From Crenarchaeota archaeon 13_1_40CM_3_52_10 (lineage in GTDB: Archaea > Thermoproteota > Bathyarchaeia > 40CM-2-53-6): a stretch of DNA of 43,017 bases. The stretch lies in NCBI GenBank assembly GCA_001918765.1, contig MNGO01000011.1, forward strand, positions 1 through 43,017. Reading direction: 5' to 3'. How positions within the stretch are numbered: position 1 is the first letter of the stretch; each line of letters starts with the position of its first letter. Positions 38,410-43,017 of the stretch are shown in pieces. The notes beneath the pieces were generated by a model that worked only from the letters and a program-made list of their open reading frames with translations, was not told the origin of the DNA and made no database searches. Both the position numbers and the translations under genes were made by a program.

Positions 38410-38577
38410 ATGGCGAAACAAGTAACTTGCGACTGTGGTTTCATGCTACGCACACCATCTGACGATGAACTGGTGAAACATGTCCAACTTCACGCAAAAG
38501 ACACTCACAGTTTGGATCTCACTCGGGAACAAGCCCTAGCACGGGCCGTCTCAGTAGAGGCAACGATACGAGCCTAA
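38410..38577 (+). CDS. DUF1059-like small metal-binding protein (absent from ORF track)
   Basis: MAKQVTCDCGFMLRTPSDDELVKHVQLHAKDTH. Confidence 0.8.
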   Translation: MAKQVTCDCGFMLRTPSDDELVKHVQLHAKDTHSLDLTREQALARAVSVEATIRA

Positions 38578-38766
38578 AAGTTCGGGGAACCTCGCCGGAA
38601 ACCTCCTTCTTTATTTCACGTGTTCAGCTAGCGACCCGACCTCTAAGACATCACGTTAGCCAGAAGATCTTGGACTTGGCCCCAGTTTCTAAGTTGGTTC
38701 TAGACCCGGTCAGGGAACGATTTTCTTATCAGCGAGAATCTGCAGACTTGATTGAGGGCTAAGGGC

Positions 38767-39195
38767 GTGGCAAATGGTGAATCGTTTCTCGGCGGATTCG
38801 CGAGCGGATTTCTCGCGAGAGGCCTCACCCATATCGGATATGGAATTTACTTTACAACGAGCAGACTGATCGGCGTAGACCTAGGCGCGAACGGCGGTGG
38901 TGCCTTGGGAGGCACAATGGCCGGCTTCATCCATGGCGAGCTCATGCCACAGCTCTCTCCGGAAGAGAGCGCCAAGACCATAACGGATCTCGAACGGATG
39001 AAAGAGTTCGAGATGGAAAAGGAACAGATAAGCCGAATAGAATTTAAGAAACCGGGAATGTTCGGAACTGGCCATATCGTAATCACACCGAAAGAAGGGA
39101 AGCCGGAGAAGATTATTCTGCGGCACCGGATAGCCTACGATAGGCTGATGACTCTCACGAAGGCCTTCAGTCCTGAACTACCTCGCTCGTTTTAG
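38767..39195 (+). CDS. Hypothetical PH-like domain protein
   Basis: GYGIYFTTSRLIGV ... ISRIEFKKPG; paralogous to the N-terminus of 777-2033. Confidence 0.7.
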   Translation: MANGESFLGGFASGFLARGLTHIGYGIYFTTSRLIGVDLGANGGGALGGTMAGFIHGELMPQLSPEESAKTITDLERMKEFEMEKEQISRIEFKKPGMFGTGHIVITPKEGKPEKIILRHRIAYDRLMTLTKAFSPELPRSF

Positions 39196-39275
39196 GAGAC
39201 TTGTTCCAGCAACGGGATGGTCAGCAACTCCTAGTAAGTCTTAAAACTGCGCCATCTTGCTCGTTGAAATCAATA

Positions 39276-39333
39276 GGCGCGTGAGTGGTGCCTTCCACCC
39301 GTTGCGCCATACAAACCCCGGAGTAGGGAGGCA
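39276..39333 (+). promoter_or_regulatory. Candidate riboswitch (pseudoknotted leader) upstream of queT
   Basis: GGCGCG/TGCGCC stem; loop TGCCTTCC complementary to SD GGGAGGCA; CCC/GGG hairpin; TATA CTTAAAA about 35 nt upstream. Confidence 0.6.
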
Positions 39334-39334
39334 A

Positions 39335-39931
39335 ATGAGAAGAGAAACCAACGATAGAGTTACGGTATCCCGTTCTAGAAACCTCGCTCTAGCAGCCCTC
39401 TTTGGAGCACTCTATGCAGCACTGGTCATCGGATTCGCTCCAATCAGCAATCTCCCAATACAGGTGAGGGTAGCTGATGCTCTCATGCCTCTCACCATCC
39501 TCTTCGGATGGCCAGCGATCCTCGGGCTGGGAATTGGAACGGTGGTTGGTAATTCCGCCGCCGATTCGTTAACCGGTTTCCCATCAGCTTCGATCGGATT
39601 AGACATTGTGGGCGGAAGTCTTGTCAATCTTCTTGCCGGATTCTTGGCATGGAAGATTGGCCAAAGAAGTTGGAGGATACGGAACTGGAACGCGAGCTGG
39701 TTCATCGCGACACTTGTTGAAACTGCCCTGACATCGGTGGTAGTGGGTGGCTACCTGAGCGTAGTTTTCTCCATTCCATTGGGCCTTTCGATCTTGGGAA
39801 TCCTCGTGGGAGAGATTATCGCGATAAATATCGGTGGCTTCGTGCTTCTCAACATCATTGGAACATCTGGGGGCTTAGACCTTCTCAGATCGTGGGGTCT
39901 GCAAATTTACGGAACTGATCGGGACCACTAG
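39335..39931 (+). CDS. queT: QueT (COG4708) ECF S-component, predicted queuosine/7-deazaguanine precursor transporter
   Basis: ALAALFGALYAAL..APIS..IQVRVADAL..GLGIG..N; GE motif in the last TM. Confidence 0.85.
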   Translation: MRRETNDRVTVSRSRNLALAALFGALYAALVIGFAPISNLPIQVRVADALMPLTILFGWPAILGLGIGTVVGNSAADSLTGFPSASIGLDIVGGSLVNLLAGFLAWKIGQRSWRIRNWNASWFIATLVETALTSVVVGGYLSVVFSIPLGLSILGILVGEIIAINIGGFVLLNIIGTSGGLDLLRSWGLQIYGTDRDH

Positions 39932-39935
39932 ATTT

Positions 39936-41018
39936 TCAGGCGAGTTTTACCTGCTTACCTTCCGCAGGTTTTAGATCAGATAACTTAACTCCGACCAACC
40001 TCATCTTCCGTCGGTCTTTCTCGAACTCTCTGAAAAGCAACTTCACATATTCCCGGATGACTCCCAAGTCATCTACATATCCAGTATGAGTTTTTTCCCG
40101 AGTAAACGTTACGAACCCTTCGAACCGGACCTTGATCCCAACAGTCCGATACCACAAACCTTCACCCAAGAGTCTGTCGTGAACCTCGTGACTCAGAGAC
40201 TCTAACGCGTCACGAACCATAGTCTTGTTCTGAATATCTCTCTCAAAAGTTTGCTCAACACTAATCGATTTCCGCAGACCCCTTTCTTCCACCGGTGTCT
40301 CCTCGATTCCGTTCGCTATGGCCCAGAGCCATACACCGCCTTTTCCAAACCAGTCTGTGAGCTTCTTCGCCTCTACCTCGCGCAATTGACCTACAGTTTC
40401 AATCCCCTTTTCATGGAGAAATTCAGTTGTCTTCTTGCCCACGCCGCTGATCCTGTTGACTGGTAGCGGTTCTAGAAATTTGTCGACCTCTTCTGGCTGA
40501 ACGGCCGTGAGCCCGTCCGGCTTCTGCATGTCCGAGGCCATCTTCGAAATGGACTTGCTTGGAGATATCCCGACACTGACGGTGAGACCTTCTCGTTCTT
40601 TCAAGGCCTCTTTGAGTTTGGAAGCCAGAAGTTTCGCGTCATCGTAGGTCTTGCATTTCTTGCTGACATCCATGTAGGCTTCGTCGATGCTTGTCTGTTC
40701 GAAAATATCCGCAAAATCCCGCATGATATTCATCACTCTCTCCGAGGTTTCGCCATAGAGTTCGAAGTCGGGCGGGACATAGATTCCTTGAGGGCATAGC
40801 TTCCAGGCCATGCTGATCGGCATACCGGATCGAACCCCAAACTTTCGGGCCTCGTAGGAACAAGAGGTTACGACGCCGCGGCCCTTGCCATTTTTTGGAT
40901 CTGCGCCCACGATCAATGGCTTACCCTTCAACGAAGGGTCCCGATGGATCTCGCAAGACGGATAGAAAGCGTCCAGATCACAGTGAAGAATTATTCTGGA
41001 CCTTGAGCTCGTCGACAT
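39936..41018 (-). CDS. dinB: DNA polymerase IV (Y family)
   Basis: HCDLDAFY, SYEARKFGVRSGM, SIDEAY, KMASDMQKPDG. Confidence 0.96.
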   Translation of the reverse strand: MSTSSRSRIILHCDLDAFYPSCEIHRDPSLKGKPLIVGADPKNGKGRGVVTSCSYEARKFGVRSGMPISMAWKLCPQGIYVPPDFELYGETSERVMNIMRDFADIFEQTSIDEAYMDVSKKCKTYDDAKLLASKLKEALKEREGLTVSVGISPSKSISKMASDMQKPDGLTAVQPEEVDKFLEPLPVNRISGVGKKTTEFLHEKGIETVGQLREVEAKKLTDWFGKGGVWLWAIANGIEETPVEERGLRKSISVEQTFERDIQNKTMVRDALESLSHEVHDRLLGEGLWYRTVGIKVRFEGFVTFTREKTHTGYVDDLGVIREYVKLLFREFEKDRRKMRLVGVKLSDLKPAEGKQVKLA

Positions 41019-41021
41019 TTT

Positions 41022-41393
41022 CTAGCTTTCGAAGTTATAGGCAAAACCCGGGTGTCTCGTTGGCTCCAACAAGCCAGATTCCGAATCCACTTTGAGTCCA
41101 AAATCTTCGAGGACCTTCGCCCCCAAAATGGGAAGGGCACCGGCGTAGGTCGTGGCTAGAGTTACGCTCTCGCGGCCATGAGCTGCGATTATGACCGAGT
41201 ATATTGGAGCCTCAACATTGCTACCATCTTCCAGTTCCAACCGCGCCTTCAGGGACTCTGAAGAAGCACCAACCTCGAACAGGATTTCAGCGGGGAGAGT
41301 TGTGAAGAAGACTGATGGATCAATCAAGACTCTTGAGATATCCTTCCGGCCTTTCTCGCCTTTGATTGAAGCCACCGTGAAAGCCGCGGACAT
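41022..41393 (-). CDS. Clan AA aspartic protease-like protein, divergent active site
   Basis: VLIDPS replaces the usual LVDTG; ILGAKVLEDFGLKVD. Confidence 0.6.
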   Translation of the reverse strand: MSAAFTVASIKGEKGRKDISRVLIDPSVFFTTLPAEILFEVGASSESLKARLELEDGSNVEAPIYSVIIAAHGRESVTLATTYAGALPILGAKVLEDFGLKVDSESGLLEPTRHPGFAYNFES

Positions 41394-41505
41394 AACTCTA
41401 ACCGCGAAATGGTAATGGTTGTCCTGCCAGATAAGCTTCAGAGCAGGCCGTTCTCGGGAACGGTCAATTCGTGTTTCTGTTCTACAAATCTGAGATTGGG
41501 CCCGG

Positions 41506-41979
41506 TTATCTCACAATGGTCGTGCCAACATAAGCGTAGGTTTCGGCGATGCCCATTTCCTGCAGCGTTGAGTGACGACAGTAGCCGTCAACAAGGAGGT
41601 TGTCTTCCCTCAACAGAACTACCGGCCAGATAACTACTCCACGCGCCTCCAACGCCTTTCGCAGCTCCAATCGACGCTCTGTCAGTCGCTCCGCGAACTT
41701 TCGACCAGTCTTGACGTCAGAAGAGTTCAGGATCAGAGGATTCAGTCGCACATCGTTGATGCTGACAACTTCCAGCCTCCACTTCCGTTTTGGCAGCGAG
41801 TTAAGCAAGAGGTCGTCACGTGGGTCCCGCCCCATGCTCTCCAGATCTGCTTCGAGTTCCCTCCGGACCTCCGTGTTGATGAGGTCATGGATATCATCTG
41901 AATCCTCAAACACCCGATACTCGATGCTTCGAAGTCGACGCACCGTCGTCAGGTTCTCCGTTGTAGGACGAACTATCAT
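41506..41979 (-). CDS. ParB/Srx N-terminal-like domain protein
   Basis: WPVVL...LVDGYCRH. Confidence 0.65.
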   Translation of the reverse strand: MIVRPTTENLTTVRRLRSIEYRVFEDSDDIHDLINTEVRRELEADLESMGRDPRDDLLLNSLPKRKWRLEVVSINDVRLNPLILNSSDVKTGRKFAERLTERRLELRKALEARGVVIWPVVLLREDNLLVDGYCRHSTLQEMGIAETYAYVGTTIVR

Positions 41980-42166
41980 AGTGTCGAGGCGCCTTCGACA
42001 GGCGAACAGTCGGCCATTGTCGCATCTCCAACTGCTCCGGTCCCACTCTTAAGACTCGCTCCTCAGACAAACTACGCGATCGCGTAGCCTAGAGACGGTT
42101 TCGGTCGTCTCAACAAGAAATTGACCATTAACCCTTTTACAGTAGCCGGCGGTCGAAGGTTCTGTC

Positions 42167-43017
42167 GTGCAAGTTCTCGAGAACCGGCCCATCCAGGTCT
42201 ATTCGAAGAAGATCGAGGATGAATACAATCGGCAGTACCTAATCGCGTCAGAGGCCCGGTCCAAAGGACTCGACCCCTCATGGAAGGTCGAATCACAGAC
42301 AACCTATGATCTTGCTGAGCGTGTAGAGAAATCAGTCGGGCCAACCGGAGTCGCCGCTCGAATCCGAGAATTGAGCAAACTAATCTCCCGTGAAGAAACC
42401 GCGCTCAAGATTAGCGAAGACATCGTTCTAGGCCACTTCGGAAGCCTTGAACCTGAAGACGCCGCCGAACAAGCAATTCGTACAGCGCTAGCGGTGTTAG
42501 ATGAAGCTGTGACGGTGGCCCCAATACAAGGAATCCACGACGTCAAGATCCGAACAAACGTGGATGGATCAAAGCACCTAGCCGTCTACTTTGCAGGCCC
42601 AATGCGGGCGGCCGGCGGGACGGAGATGGGCTTGACCATGATCGTCGCCGACTACGTACGTCGACAACTGAACATTCCACCTTATCATGCCTCAGAACAG
42701 GAAGCAATGAGATTCGTCGAAGAACTACGTTTGTACGAGCGATCTATCGCCCGTTTCCAGTATCGGAACCCCGATAGCGTGCTCAAAGACGCGATCATGC
42801 GTCTAACCGTCGAGCCAAACGGAGTGGAAACAGACCCCGTCGAGGTGACGGTCAACCGGAACCTGATGAGGATAGAGACAAACAGGGTCAGAGGCGGAAC
42901 ACTGCGAGTGGTAAATGATGGGCTACTTGGAAGATCAACCAAAGTTCTGAAGATCGTTGAGAAGCTAGGCTTGGAAGGCTGGGGATGGCTGGCCATGATG
43001 AAAACCTCGTCTTCAGA
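42167..43017 (+). CDS. polC: DNA polymerase D large subunit DP2 (3' truncated by window edge)
   Basis: ARSKGLDP, DLAERVE, VAPIQGI, YFAGPMRAAGGTE, RIETNRVRGG. Confidence 0.96.
   Translation, partial: MQVLENRPIQVYSKKIEDEYNRQYLIASEARSKGLDPSWKVESQTTYDLAERVEKSVGPTGVAARIRELSKLISREETALKISEDIVLGHFGSLEPEDAAEQAIRTALAVLDEAVTVAPIQGIHDVKIRTNVDGSKHLAVYFAGPMRAAGGTEMGLTMIVADYVRRQLNIPPYHASEQEAMRFVEELRLYERSIARFQYRNPDSVLKDAIMRLTVEPNGVETDPVEVTVNRNLMRIETNRVRGGTLRVVNDGLLGRSTKVLKIVEKLGLEGWGWLAMMKTSSS

Noticed and set aside
1-43017. CRISPR arrays, rRNA genes, intact IS elements
   Set aside because: No regularly spaced repeats, rRNA signatures or transposase ORFs seen

Overview
Archaeal genome segment, most consistent with Bathyarchaeia or a related TACK lineage (inference): it has PolD large subunit, aEF-1alpha, archaeal ribosomal protein/RNA polymerase clusters, DGGGP synthase, an eL22-like protein and multi-intron tRNAs. 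The core content is rps10/tuf, gdhA, an isoprenoid cluster (DGGGPS, class II HMGR, type 1 IDI, mvk, MEMO), rps2-rpoN-rps9-rpl13-rpoD, rps4-rps13, speD, rpl14e-cbf5, rpl15-secY-adk-EMC3-rpl34e-cmk, ilvA/ridA, queT, dinB and the start of polC. The RNA-level signals are the richest part. (1) A pseudoknotted, Shine-Dalgarno-sequestering 5' leader of queT has preQ1-II-like topology and is a candidate archaeal preQ0/preQ1 riboswitch. (2) A 23-nt BHB mRNA intron splits the catalytic Asp codon of cbf5. (3) There is a three-intron tRNA-Leu(CAA) and a two-intron tRNA-Ser(GGA), and both canonical introns share a U33:U mismatch. (4) A 52-nt tRNA-Leu-like minihelix lacking D and anticodon arms sits at the att site of a decayed integrative element. 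(5) An unexplained long G-U-rich hairpin lies beside tRNA-Ser. (6) rps9, secY and a VIT1 gene appear to use non-canonical start codons. All calls were made by eye from sequence motifs; no database search was run.
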